DNA of 64,000 bases from Naegleria gruberi (Eukaryota): assembly GCA_000004985.1 (NCBI GenBank), contig GG738882.1; one strand, 5' to 3'. Positions 1 to 10,934 of the stretch are shown piece after piece; the stretch's first letter is position 1; each line of letters begins with the position of its first letter. The position numbers were made by a program, and so were the translations under genes. The notes beneath the pieces were generated by a model. It saw only the letters and a program-made list of their open reading frames with translations. It searched no databases and was not told the origin of the DNA.

Positions 1-759
1 TATTTAGTTTGGAAAGCTGTGAAAATATTGAGGGATAAATATCGAATTTTAACAATTCCTTTTGGATCACTGCCCAATTATATTCAACAAAATGTATATA
101 GCTCTTTACCTTGTTTGATAACACCTGAATCTGTTAGTTTGGGAGTGGAGAAGGGATTTATTCGAGTTTATGAGGATTTAAATAGATCTAATGTGACAAG
201 TTTGGATGAAATATTACTCAACAAACACAGTAGCAAGACACCAACTCAATTACCTTCAAATGTTCCAGCAGGTCATAATGCTGGTCTTTCCCAGAATATT
301 TATTTATTTACAATGTCCTACAATCAGTCAACTGAGAAATACTCACAAGAACCTAAAGATATTACTCATTTGTGGAAGCATCCTTATACTCCTTCTGAAA
401 AAAATAAGTATGAAGTATTTAAGGATTTACATTCGAATTGTGGATTCTTCCTTACGAGTGGTGATAAATTTGGATGTGATTTCTTGGCCTATAAGGGAGA
501 TCCAGTTCTCCACCATGCAGAATTTCTGGTCTATGTTCAGGAGTATGATAAACCGATTGAATCATTCCAAATGATTAGTATTGGAAGATTGGCCAACAAT
601 GTTCACAAAACTGTACTCTTTGCATCGTGGAATCCTCAATCCAATCAAGTGGAATATTTAAATATGAATTGGTTCAATCCTCAGCCCATCAAAACTTGGA
701 AAATCAAAGAATTATGTAACAAGTACAAACAAGAACTTAACAACCAAACCTCTCATTAA
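1..759 (+). CDS. tRNA-splicing endonuclease catalytic subunit (Sen2/Sen34-like), 5'-truncated at the window edge
   Basis: The reading frame is open from nt 1, so the ORF tool's 'M' at 19 is a GTG and not a real start. The C-terminal motif GDKFGCDFLAYKGDPVLHHAEFLV matches the tRNA-intron endonuclease catalytic domain (G-KFG-DFLvY-GDP...H). Stop at 757-759. Confidence 0.55.
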   Translation, partial: YLVWKAVKILRDKYRILTIPFGSLPNYIQQNVYSSLPCLITPESVSLGVEKGFIRVYEDLNRSNVTSLDEILLNKHSSKTPTQLPSNVPAGHNAGLSQNIYLFTMSYNQSTEKYSQEPKDITHLWKHPYTPSEKNKYEVFKDLHSNCGFFLTSGDKFGCDFLAYKGDPVLHHAEFLVYVQEYDKPIESFQMISIGRLANNVHKTVLFASWNPQSNQVEYLNMNWFNPQPIKTWKIKELCNKYKQELNNQTSH

Positions 760-855
760 ATATTTAATCCTCTCGAATCATTTTCATATCACGAACCAAA
801 AATTAAGAATTCTTACAATGGACAGAAACTGGAGGATAAATTAACTTTAAAAAAA

Positions 856-2938
856 ATGCAAAACAACAACGTGATTACTCTTTCGGATGGTGAAGATGAA
901 GACGATGAAGTTGTGTCAATCTCCAATCCGAATACCAGTCCCAACAATATTGGTAATGCACCATTGATGAGAATGAACAATGGAGGAGCATTAATTCAGA
1001 ATAATAATAATAATATTAATCGGAATGTTTTCATACCTCCTCCATCGTTGGTTCCTTCCTCTTCTGTAATGGTTGGATCCTCTTCATCGAGTGTACTGCC
1101 TGCGAATGAAAATATTGGTGGTGGTGATGAAGGTGGTGATGAGAATGACGATGATGTATTGATTGATGAACCTGAAGATGATGAGGATAAAGATAATATT
1201 TGTCTAATTTGTCAAGATGAATGGAAAACAGAATCAAATCATCCTCACAAAGTCGTGGCTCTTAATTGTGGTCACATATTTGGACATTCTTGCATTTCTC
1301 AATGGTTACAAACCAAAAGAATTTGTCCTGTCTGTAAGAGACCTGCCGAAGAATCTGATTTGAGACCTATTTTCATTCAATCATCAGCTAATAGATTTGC
1401 CATAGAAAAGATTCAGAAAATTAGTGACAGAGAAAAACAACATTTGAGGAGGAAATTAAGACAAGAAAGAAAAAAGAGAAGAATGTTTGAATCGAGAATG
1501 TTAAAATTAAGGGAAAAAATTAAGAGATACATTTCAAGCTCCTCCAATCCTAAAACTAATGTAAATACTGATGTACAGATATCTCAAAATCCAAAACAAT
1601 TTCTAAAAGAAATATATACCGAAATTGATTCATGTCCTTTTGAACTCAAACTAATAGATACAGAAAATATGGAATTTCAACCAGAAGACCCTGATGTTGT
1701 GATTCAATCATCAAATCAGAACTCGTGCTTTGGACAGTACAAAGTCATGAGAAATGATTATTCACACAGGTTATTTAAATTTTTGGATGATCCTGGTCAA
1801 ATAGCATTTGACACTCCAAGAAATGCTCTGAGTATTTACTCATCTATAGCGAACTTGTATATCGATATTCCACTTTTTGGGAGAAGCTCTAGTGCATCTC
1901 CTTCCTCACCAATAGATGTAATTGACCTCAATTACTCGTCGAAAACTAACTTAATTTATGCATCTCTTGAAAATAATGATATTAAGATTGTAGATGGTAG
2001 GACTAGAAATAGTGTAGTATTCGATATGAGACTATCTAGTAGAGCAAATTGTATCTGCATTAATGAAAAATATGAAAATTACTTCATATGTGGTACAGAG
2101 ACTGGAAATATTACAGTTTTAGACATTAGACTGCCTAGATGTATTGCCTTTGATTACCAAGTACCTCACAGTGGCATAACAACACATGCAAACTCTGTGG
2201 TTTCTATTGATTGCATACCATCCAGTGACACTATTCTTTATTCTACCCTATCAGGAAATTATCAAGCCAAGCTGAACTTTGAATCGAATGATGTTATTGC
2301 AGACATTGGAGATACAAGCACCATTCAACCTGACTCTGTGCAAGATATTTCTTTTCCATTCATTCCAAAATCCCTCAAACCATTCAATATGAAATATGAC
2401 AGCTACTCAAAACGTACTTTATTTTCTTACTCTACTTTTGGAAATCCTCAAAGAACTATTGATCACTTAATTTTGAAAGAAACTAATAATGCTTTCCCAG
2501 TTACTGATGATATGATAAAAATAGAAGAAAAAGATGACCTTTCTTCACCACTCCAGTTTACTTCATTTGAAAGATGTATGTATTTTAATGATTTATCAAT
2601 TTGATTTTCTAATATTTACAGTTGAACATCATCCTACACCTATCCGAAAGTTCAAAGCACCAACTTGTTTATTCAATTTAACAACTACTGGACTGATTGA
2701 TTTGGATTCTAGTACTAATACTCAATCATACTCATATCTTAATGGTACATCACTTATGGCATATACAGGAAATAGAAAATTGACATTTGTTAATACTTTA
2801 ACAGGAAATAATTTCCAAACCATAAAGACAGACAATCTGCTGCCAGCATCCTGTCTTGACAGTTTGAACTGCCCTATGGGAACTTATATTGGCCAACTAT
2901 CTCCTGAATCACTTTCAATATATGTCTATAAAGGATAA
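856..2938 (+). CDS. RFWD3: RING-finger + WD40 E3 ubiquitin ligase, RFWD3-like; exons 856..2575 and 2622..2938, intron 2576..2621 (46 nt, GTATGT...TAATATTTACAG)
   Basis: C3HC4 RING (CLICQDEW...NCGHIFGHSCISQWL...CPVCKR), followed by a coiled-coil and WD-like repeats. ORF 856..2604 runs into a GTATGT at 2576, and the phase-1 splice rejoins the frame of ORF 2534..2938 (...SFER|F|EHHPTPIRKF...). A-rich context before the ATG. Confidence 0.65.
2576..2621 (+). other. Spliceosomal intron (46 nt) GTATGT...TTTCTAATATTTACAG
   Basis: The intron is required to join ORFs 856..2604 and 2534..2938 in frame. A branch-like CTAAT lies 9 nt before the AG. Confidence 0.6.
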
Positions 2939-3652
2939 TTATACGAATTTTGACCACTTTGAATTAGATGATTTGTTAATGGTTGGATTATTTGCAAATG
3001 TTGGTTTAGTCTTCTTTTTTGGTTGTTCATCCTCTTCCTCAAAAAAGAAGTGGTCATTATCTTCACTTGTTTGAGGAATTGTTTCATCATTGTAAGAATC
3101 CCAATCACTATTATTTTTCTTATTACTTGTGGACTTGGTATTTCTGCTATTACCTGAATTGTAGCTGTCATATTCATCATATTCAGCATATTCTCCTTCA
3201 TCTCCATCATCCTCAGCTTTTTTCCTCTTTTTACTTTGCGATTTAGTTGCAGGCTTTCTTGATTTCTTCTCCTTTTCCAAACTTGTCACAACATCAAATC
3301 CCTCGTCCTCATCCTCATCATCATCATGAACATATCTTTTCTTTTCCTCCTTGAATTGACTCCATTTACTAGCCGATGCCTGTTTGTAAATTGGTTTTTT
3401 CTCCACAATTTGTTCTTCATTTTCCTCCTCCAATTGTCTAGCCTCCAAAACTTCCTGTTCAATTTCACCTCTCTTCATATTTAATTCTTGAACAATTGGT
3501 CGAAGATCCTTCGGTTGATTAGAGTTGGCAAATACTTTTCTGATCGATTGTTGAGAGCCACATAATTTACATTTCCACTTCCGATTCTTTGTCACCTGAT
3601 TAATACTAAAGGCTGTGCAATTAAAACATTGGAAGATGGCGTGTTCTGGCAT
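2939..3652 (-). CDS. MRNIP: MRN-complex-interacting protein (MRNIP/C5orf45)-like
   Basis: The N-terminus MPEHAIFQCFNCTAFSINQVTKNRKWKCKLCGSQQSI has the same architecture as the MRNIP N-terminal zinc-ribbon-like motif (FHVLRCFSC..FQVQQVKKS.KWTCKACGEKQS). The tail is acidic and K-rich. The start context is aaaaaaaaATG. Confidence 0.6.
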   Translation of the reverse strand: MPEHAIFQCFNCTAFSINQVTKNRKWKCKLCGSQQSIRKVFANSNQPKDLRPIVQELNMKRGEIEQEVLEARQLEEENEEQIVEKKPIYKQASASKWSQFKEEKKRYVHDDDEDEDEGFDVVTSLEKEKKSRKPATKSQSKKRKKAEDDGDEGEYAEYDEYDSYNSGNSRNTKSTSNKKNNSDWDSYNDETIPQTSEDNDHFFFEEEDEQPKKKTKPTFANNPTINKSSNSKWSKFV

Positions 3653-4059
3653 TTTTTTTTATTTTGAAAAATTAAAAAAATTATTCCAGACAGAAGTGGA
3701 AGATTTTGTTGTGGAAAAAACAATTATTACTTAGTGGTATTTGCTTGATTACCAACATTAATTTACAAAAATTGGTTTTTCTCTCTTGTCATTGTTTCGA
3801 TTCGGCCTATTTTGAGTTTCCTGTTTCTACTGATATCAAAAGATTGAGACAAAATCAACATATTTCGAATCCTTAATAAGTGAAAAATCAAAATTAGATA
3901 CTCTTTAATTAGAAGATGATTATCTGGAACATTAATAATTATATATAAATAGTATAATTTTGGAAATTGTATTTTCATAGTCATTCCAATTCGTTTATTT
4001 AAAAAGTAAATTATACTAATCAAACTCTTTGCTTCCAATTCACACACAACAAAAAAAAC

Positions 4060-4900
4060 ATGAGCACTACAAATCGTCTAATAATATTTAGAGGAATTTC
4101 TGGTTCAGGTATTTATATTAGAAATTAATAAATTCACATGGTTAATATTTACAGGAAAAACTCATATTTGTGATCAGTTAATGATGAGATTTTTAGATAA
4201 TAAGGTCGATTCTCCTTCCATCAGAAATGTAATGAAACTTTCAAGAGATGATTTAAGGGCCAACCTCTTTCCAGACTTTGTCACACCGACCTTCAGCCAA
4301 GAGGAAGAAATGATGATTGATGAGTGGATCAAGAGGACAGTGAGGTATTTCTTTCATCACCACAATAATTCGAAAAACAAGGATGATGTACTCTATGTTT
4401 TTGTTGATGGCATGTGTTTAAACAGTAATGAATCTGTTAAATCTTTTGAAACACTCTGTAAAGGTATTGGAGTTGATGAAAAAGGGGAGGACGAAACTGT
4501 TAAAGAAATTGTTCAACTCACAACAACGATGGATTTACCTGGCATTCAATCATCCAACAATACGGGAGCTCAAGTACCAGATGATCATGTATCATGTGAA
4601 AAATTGACTAGAGTAATCAATGAACAACTAATCAATGTTGAGTCAAAGATCAAAAAATTGGCTTCTTTTTATTGTGTTGAAGTAGAAAGAGATGAATCAG
4701 ATTGTAAGGAAGCAATCGAGGAGATGAAAGATAGTCATCCAGCAAAACAGAGCAGAAATTATGATAAAACAAAACAAGAATTTACCAGATTGGATGAGAA
4801 ATACACCAAGACCATCAATTACAAATTTGTTTACAATAGAGAGGACAAACTTGAAGAAATTGTTAATGATTTGACAGAATGGATTAGACAAAATGATTAG
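4060..4900 (+). CDS. P-loop NTPase/kinase (AAA_33-like); exons 4060..4108 and 4155..4900, intron 4109..4154 (46 nt)
   Basis: Exon 1 MSTTNRLIIFRGISGSG splices in phase 1 to KTHICDQL..., which completes a Walker A GISGSGKT. The intron GTATTT...TTAATATTTACAG shares its last 12 nt with the RFWD3-like intron. Confidence 0.55.
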
Positions 4901-5237
4901 AAATAAACTGAAATTGACTTGATTGTCACCAACAAAAAAGACAACTGGAATGGTGACCCTTTCACAGCAATCAAGCACACCAAACCATTGTTATCTCTCC
5001 GCCCAATGAATTATTTGCAGTATGATTGCTGACTTTATTAAAATAACTCAAACAATGCAACGGGCAGGAAATACTCAAGAAATGAATGTTGTGGTTTTAC
5101 GAAAAAGATTATTTTATTCAAGAAAGCATACAATTTCCGTAAGTTTGAACCAACTATTTCTCCCGCCATTGTATTTTCATTAATGTACAACAAAAACAAC
5201 AGACAAATAAAATACCTCAACAACAAGGAACTATACA

Positions 5238-5583
5238 ATGGTACGTGTCGTTTGATACAAACGGGTTTTTTAATGATGATGAAAAATAGAGCGAAATCGA
5301 TGAAACATTGAAGAGAATTAAGTCTCATAAGGGAGTGGAAGGAATTGTTATTGTAAATAGTGAAGGAATACCTATTAGATCGGATTTTATGAATGATGAT
5401 GTAAAAGTAAAATATGCTGCCAATATAACACAATTAGTTGCCAAAGCTAGATCGGTCGTCAGAGATCTCAATCCTCAAAACGATTTAACCTTCTTGAGAG
5501 TAAGAACAAAACTCCATGAAATTTTAATTGCCCCAGATAAGGAATATATTTTAATAGTTGTACAGAATACCAACTTTGAATAA
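5238..5583 (+). CDS. DYNLRB: Dynein light chain roadblock-type (LC7); exon 1 is the ATG only (5238..5240), intron 5241..5289 (49 nt, GTACGT...AAAATAG), exon 2 5290..5583
   Basis: The spliced product M|[31 protein letters not shown]...[41 protein letters not shown] aligns end to end with animal DYNLRB1 ([32 protein letters not shown]...). It is about 98 aa. Confidence 0.75.
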
Positions 5584-5729
5584 ATTATTAGTTATTTAAT
5601 AAAGCCAATTATTTCATGAAGAATCAATTATTTTCTAAATCTTTGCTGTTATGACTATAATTTAAAAAGGCGGGAAGAACAAGAGTTTATTGCAAATGGC
5701 GCCAAATTCTACACTTTTCATCTTAAAAA

Positions 5730-6830
5730 ATGTCTCAAGACTCAAGTATTAATGATTCTTCTCTAATGTTGGACGATTCTATATCTTTCTCAAACCGTTT
5801 TGATTTTGAGGAAACTATAAGGCAAATCCAAGAACAAAGCAAGAAAGTCAGCAACCACTTGAATCAATATTCTAAATATCTTGCTCCGAGCCCTAAAGTT
5901 GAAAAAGAACAACAAAGTATCAAACCCACTACAACAACATCAAATAAGCAAAGCTCTCCTACAGCTAATTACTATACCTCAGTCCCAACAACCACAACAA
6001 CAAGGCCTCCATCGGTAAATTCAGTCTCTATGGAAGCAAAACAAAGTATAACATCAGGATCGGGGAGCAATTCTCTCCACAACCCTACTAAGAGTGTCCA
6101 ATCTGTGGCCACGCCTCTAACCTCTAAATATTCTCCGTCTGACCCCATTGAGGCTTTGATGAGGGATTTTCGAAATGAAGTTAAGGACATTGATAACTGT
6201 ATTCATCACTCAAATGATACTCCAGAGAGTTACAAATACGACTCTCTTTATAAAGACGAAGAGACAGATGGATATGAAGAGGAACCTGAATACTCTCTGT
6301 ACAATACCTCCACTCCTATCAATGAATCAGTTAAAAAATCTAACAGATTAGTTACTGAATCAATGTCAAAATTTAAAAGAATGAACGAACATGATTCTCA
6401 ACCAATTTTACCTAACAAGCCACCTACATCATCACATCGTTTGGGAGCTCACAATGATAGTGTTTTTTCTCCAATTTTGAATAGCTCTTCCAAGACTTCA
6501 CATACCTCTTCGCCAATGATTACCTTCTCCACGGCAGAGAAGAGTAGAGTTACTGATCCAGATATCATGTTTACTCCTCAACATTTAGGAGGAAGTGGAT
6601 TATTTTCAAGTAGCAATATCACTAATCAAGAAAAACAAAAACAAATTGTACCACAACAATCAAACCAAGCATCATCAAACACTGAAATGTTGCTTAGAAT
6701 TGAGAATATTCAGCTTAAAGATGAAATATCCAAATTGAACTCTACTGTGGTATCTCTACAAAGTAGAATGGAAGGAATGGAAAAGAGTATGAAACAATTA
6801 TTCGATTTGTTAACTCATCAAAATAAATAA
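5730..6830 (+). CDS. Hypothetical Ser/Thr-rich protein with C-terminal coiled-coil
   Basis: Uninterrupted 366-aa ORF with an A-rich start context. Low-complexity S/T/N tracts. The C-terminus LRIENIQLKDEISKLNSTVVSLQSRMEGMEKSMKQL is a heptad-like coiled-coil. Confidence 0.45.
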   Translation: MSQDSSINDSSLMLDDSISFSNRFDFEETIRQIQEQSKKVSNHLNQYSKYLAPSPKVEKEQQSIKPTTTTSNKQSSPTANYYTSVPTTTTTRPPSVNSVSMEAKQSITSGSGSNSLHNPTKSVQSVATPLTSKYSPSDPIEALMRDFRNEVKDIDNCIHHSNDTPESYKYDSLYKDEETDGYEEEPEYSLYNTSTPINESVKKSNRLVTESMSKFKRMNEHDSQPILPNKPPTSSHRLGAHNDSVFSPILNSSSKTSHTSSPMITFSTAEKSRVTDPDIMFTPQHLGGSGLFSSSNITNQEKQKQIVPQQSNQASSNTEMLLRIENIQLKDEISKLNSTVVSLQSRMEGMEKSMKQLFDLLTHQNK

Positions 6831-6992
6831 TAGGTCAATGAAATCTAGATTGACTAAACATTTCAAGATCCTATCTTTATATGTTTAACAATATTTTATT
6901 ATTTAAATTATAATATTTTTTGGTCCCTTATTGATGACCCTTAAATTAAGTTAATTGTACAAAATTCGTTTTGATTCCTGCTCTAAAGTGAA

Positions 6993-9029
6993 TTAATAGA
7001 CACGCTTGAATGGTGGAATATATCCCCACTCCTTTTCATCGAGAGTATAACTGTGGACTGGTCTATATTCAATATTGACCTTACCAGTATCAACATCCAT
7101 TGTGGTAAGAGTGTGCTTCATCCATGTAGCATCATCTCTGTCTGGGAAGTCGTCACGAGCGTGAGCACCTCTGGATTCCTTTCTGTTTTCAGCTGAAAGC
7201 ATAGTTTGTACAGCATTGATCAAAAGGTTTTGTAATTCGAGAATTTCATAAAGGTTAACATTGTAAATTGGTGACTTATCGCCCAACTTAAGGTATGGGA
7301 GCTTATCATAAGCTTCCTTAATGAGTTTACAACCAGTTTCCAAAGTTTCTTGCTTACGATAGACAGCAGCATAGTTTTGCATGACACTTTGCATTTCCTT
7401 TCTCAATTCGTGACATTTGATAGTTCCCTTATCACTATTGAAAAGCTTATCCAAACGAACAATTGATTGCATACCAGCATCAGATGGAAGAGGCTTATGC
7501 TTAGTATCCTTTGGCAAATTTTCCATGACGTACAAAGCACAAGCACGACCAAAGACGACAAGATCCAAAAGTGAGTTAGCACCCAAACGATTAGCACCGT
7601 GAACAGAAGCACAAGCAACTTCACCAGCAGCCAACAAACCCTTAACTGGATAATCTGGTTGATCTTCAGACTTCTTATAGACAACTTGACCAGTGTAAAG
7701 AGTTGGAACACCACCCATATTGTAGTGAACAGTTGGAACGACTGGAATTGGTTCCTTAGTCAAATCGACACCAGCGAAAATCTTGGCAGTTTCAGTAATA
7801 CCTGGTAATCTTTCGTGAAGTAAATCAGTTGGCAAGTGATCCAAGTGCAAGTGAATGTGATCCTTCTTTGGACCGCATCCTCTACCTTCCAAAATTTCCA
7901 TAGTCATAGCTCTACTGACAACGTCTCTTGAAGCCAAATCCTTGACACTAGGAGCATACTTTTCCATAAAACGTTCACCTTCACTATTTCTCAAGAAACC
8001 ACCTTCACCACGAGCGCCTTCTGTAATTAAACAACCAGCACCATAGATACCAGTAGGGTGGAATTGAACAAATTCCAAATCTTGATTTGGTAAACCAGCT
8101 CTAGAAACCATGGCAGTACCGTCACCAGTACAAGTGTGAGCAGAAGTACATGAACCATAAGCTCTACCATAACCTCCTGTAGCCAAAATAGTGTAGTGAG
8201 AACGGAAACGATGCATACTACTATCTTCAAGACAATAAGTCATAACACCTCTACATTCATCTCCTTCCATCAACAAGTCCAAAGCGAAATATTCAATAAA
8301 GAATTGGACGTCATATTTCAAAGCCATACCATAGTTTGTGTGGAGAAGAGCGTGACCTGTTCTATCAGCAGCAGCACAACATCTTCTAGCTTGACCACCT
8401 TTACCAAACTTGATACTTTGACCACCGAAAGCTCTTTGATAAATTTTACCTTCAGGAGTACGAGAGAAAGGAAGACCCATATGTTCCATTTCAATAACGG
8501 CTTGTGGAGCTTCTTTACACATGTAGTGAATAGCATCTTGATCACCCAACCAATCGCTACCCTTGACTGTATCATAGGCGTGATAAGTCCAGTGATCTTC
8601 TGTCATATTTCCAAGAGCAGCGTTAATACCACCTTGAGCAGCAACAGTGTGTGATCTTGTTGGGAACAACTTGGAAATACAGGCAACCTTGTATCCAGCT
8701 TTGGCCAAGTTGGCAGCACAAACGAGACCAGCACCACCAGCACCTACAACAACAGCATCATAAGTATGGTCAATTACTGGATAAACTTGTGAGAGTTGTG
8801 GTCCCTTATCGGTCATTGTTCCTTGTCTAACAGCACTATTTCCTAGCACAACCAAATTTTTGGTATTAGATGAAAAACATCTTTTAGTATTGGATGTTGT
8901 TGTGGATGTTTTAGTAGTAGAATTAATTAATGATGATGAAGATGAAAAAACAGAGTTGTTTTTTAATTGTTGTTGGATTGAAGACTTCAAAGCAGAGACT
9001 CCCTTCAACTTTCTGCAAGACTTGAGCAT
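6993..9029 (-). CDS. SDHA: Succinate dehydrogenase flavoprotein subunit, mitochondrial (with presequence)
   Basis: FAD-binding [13 protein letters not shown], covalent-FAD region [14 protein letters not shown], catalytic [21 protein letters not shown], and C-terminal ...[11 protein letters not shown]. The N-terminal region is S/T/K-rich and presequence-like. I chose the start at the ATG at 9029-9027 because of its aaaaaATG context. The ORF track extends to 9125 through a non-ATG start. Confidence 0.9.
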   Translation of the reverse strand: MLKSCRKLKGVSALKSSIQQQLKNNSVFSSSSSLINSTTKTSTTTSNTKRCFSSNTKNLVVLGNSAVRQGTMTDKGPQLSQVYPVIDHTYDAVVVGAGGAGLVCAANLAKAGYKVACISKLFPTRSHTVAAQGGINAALGNMTEDHWTYHAYDTVKGSDWLGDQDAIHYMCKEAPQAVIEMEHMGLPFSRTPEGKIYQRAFGGQSIKFGKGGQARRCCAAADRTGHALLHTNYGMALKYDVQFFIEYFALDLLMEGDECRGVMTYCLEDSSMHRFRSHYTILATGGYGRAYGSCTSAHTCTGDGTAMVSRAGLPNQDLEFVQFHPTGIYGAGCLITEGARGEGGFLRNSEGERFMEKYAPSVKDLASRDVVSRAMTMEILEGRGCGPKKDHIHLHLDHLPTDLLHERLPGITETAKIFAGVDLTKEPIPVVPTVHYNMGGVPTLYTGQVVYKKSEDQPDYPVKGLLAAGEVACASVHGANRLGANSLLDLVVFGRACALYVMENLPKDTKHKPLPSDAGMQSIVRLDKLFNSDKGTIKCHELRKEMQSVMQNYAAVYRKQETLETGCKLIKEAYDKLPYLKLGDKSPIYNVNLYEILELQNLLINAVQTMLSAENRKESRGAHARDDFPDRDDATWMKHTLTTMDVDTGKVNIEYRPVHSYTLDEKEWGYIPPFKRVY

Positions 9030-9875
9030 TTTTTGAGTCTGAATATTTTTTATCAAAATATTTTTAAAATTATTTTCTTGCCTGCTGCAGCCAAAAATCA
9101 TCCGAAGCCTAAAACTCCCCAGCAAAAGACAGATGTTCTGTATGAAATGGATTAGAGAAGGGACAATAACAATGATATTCAGCTTGAGTGTTTGACCGAC
9201 AACTCTAAGTTGTGTTGTCCCTTGCTAGCGATATGCTTTGTTGCGATTCTCTCTTTTGATGACTAATTCAAGCAGCTGGGCTTGAATTTACAATAACTCA
9301 AATTGAACATTAAAAAATACATCAATTCAGAGATGAATTGCATCAAGGAATGAATGTTAAGGAAATTAGAGTTGTTTGAATTAGCTTATTTTACACATTT
9401 TAAATCAATGTCCAAAATGGAAGAATAAGGCAATCAATTACGATGATTATCATAATTGGTTAAGGATAAGATCATCATTAGTATAAATATTGTCTATCAA
9501 TTCAATTCATGAAATTCAATTTCATAGCAGGCAACATGCTTTTGATTAAGGACCCACTTGCCGAACCGTTTGAATCAATCAATATTTCATTTTACCAGTT
9601 CATGAAAAGCAACTTTCTGCTCTCCGAATAGACTATGATATCAATCGACATTGGATGAATTGATGAACGTTTTGGTTTCGTAAAGACATCTTGGGTGATC
9701 ACTTTTGGAACCTTGTTACCATTCCAAATATGATGTCAAACAAAAGTTCTGTATTGTTATCTGCCACCATTGTATCTATCTTTCCAATCATGCCAGTTGA
9801 TACTTCTTTAAATACCACTGGTGATACAAGTCCAATGCATCCAACAATCAAAAAAAACAAAACACTGTGTTAACA

Positions 9876-10904
9876 ATGAAACTCTTTATGGCTCTCATCT
9901 TTTTATTCCTTGCATTGTTGGCTAACAATGGCAGATGTGCAACAGTAAATCCAATTGCATCTGTTCAGTTTAATCAAGTGATTGATGCAGCCATGACCAA
10001 TATTTTGCACAAGTCAGAAATAACAAGTGCTATCAATGATTGTAAGTAGTTGTATACTAAGTTTTATATGGAAAATATATTCGAAATTAGTTTTTACGTT
10101 TCCTGCTCCTACTTGTTATGCTTCAATTTCCTTCCCTGCCATCAATCCAATTCCTGCATCAGTTTCTCAAATTCGATTCTGCAATCTCAACTATGGCCTT
10201 TACAAAACTTTAGTAAGTAATTACAGCTCTTAAGTTTCTTATTAACCAAATTATTTGCTATATTCAATTAGGGAAATGCAATTGTTAGTGCAATCAACTC
10301 CCAATACAAACTTTCCCTCACAGCAAATTATGACGCAGTGGTCAATGTTTCAGTTTCTTATTTCAATTCATTGAAAACTGCAGTCGATTCCTCAGTGTGT
10401 GATGTTGTCATTGCAGAGACAGTATATACTGCAGAAAGAGCAAAGCTTGTAAAATATACTACTTGTGGTTATGGAAGCACCTCATATGGTTTTTTAAGAG
10501 GAGCATTGGATAATTCAACCATTAGTATTTCAAATGTAAATGATTTGAATAATCCAGCAGTCAAAATTTCAGTTGTTAAGGGATCAATTTTTGACACCTA
10601 TGTGAATCAATCATTACCATTAGCTCAAAAGGTGTATGCTTCCTATGGAGCTCAAATGCAATTGGTTGCTGATGGGGTTGTCCATGCAGTTGTGGATGAT
10701 GCAGTTGGACTTAATCAATTTCGATTGAACAATATGAAAGATTGCACTTCATGTTTTGTGAAACTATTTGGAGATGTTAGCACCTTCTCAGCTTTTACAG
10801 AACTAACAACCAAATCGAATGGAGCATTTTCAATTTTTAACACCTTTACTCTGTTAATGATGTGTACAGCAAGTCTGTTTATTAGTTTTCTTGTAATTTT
10901 ATAA
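9876..10904 (+). CDS. Secreted/surface protein with a bacterial-type solute-binding (SBP_bac_3-like) domain; exons 9876..10041, 10091..10212, 10272..10904
   Basis: Signal peptide MKLFMALIFLFLALLANNGRC. Introns 10042..10090 (GTAAGT...AATTAG) and 10213..10271 (GTAAGT...AATTAG) join three ORFs in frame. The exon-3 sequence DVVIAETVYTAERAKLVKYTTCGYGSTSYGFL...VKGSIFDTYV...LVADGVVHAVVDDAVGL resembles family-3 periplasmic binding protein motifs. The C-terminal hydrophobic tail FTLLMMCTASLFISFLVIL is GPI-signal-like. Confidence 0.5.
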
Positions 10905-10934
10905 ACATGTATTAAATGATAATTATGATCTCAA

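Noticed and set aside
3790-3870. TTCGATTCGGCC and TTCGAATCC T-loop-like motifs, possibly a tRNA
   Set aside because: No acceptor or D-arm complementarity. They lie in a low-complexity intergenic stretch.
2576-4154. Introner-like (intron-generating transposon) origin for the two 46-nt introns with identical 3' ends
   Set aside because: Only the last 12 nt match. The 5' two-thirds are unrelated and there are no terminal repeats or target-site duplications. A branch-point/3'ss constraint explains the match better.
3763-5433. ORFs 3763..4047, 4697..4978 and 5038..5433 on the minus strand
   Set aside because: They are AT-rich, Ile/Phe/Leu-rich frames antisense to or between real genes (P-loop kinase, roadblock). 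They have no homology and no start context.
7403-8654. Several 60-150-aa ORFs on both strands inside SDHA (7403..7714, 7417..7602, 7599..7808, 8027..8230, 8196..8654, 8318..8575)
   Set aside because: They are embedded in or antisense to a highly conserved CDS, are low-complexity, and have no start context. They are spurious.
9029-9125. Longer SDHA N-terminus ([16 protein letters not shown]...) starting at 9125
   Set aside because: That start is not an ATG. The ATG at 9029 has the typical aaaaaATG context and yields a normal-length presequence.
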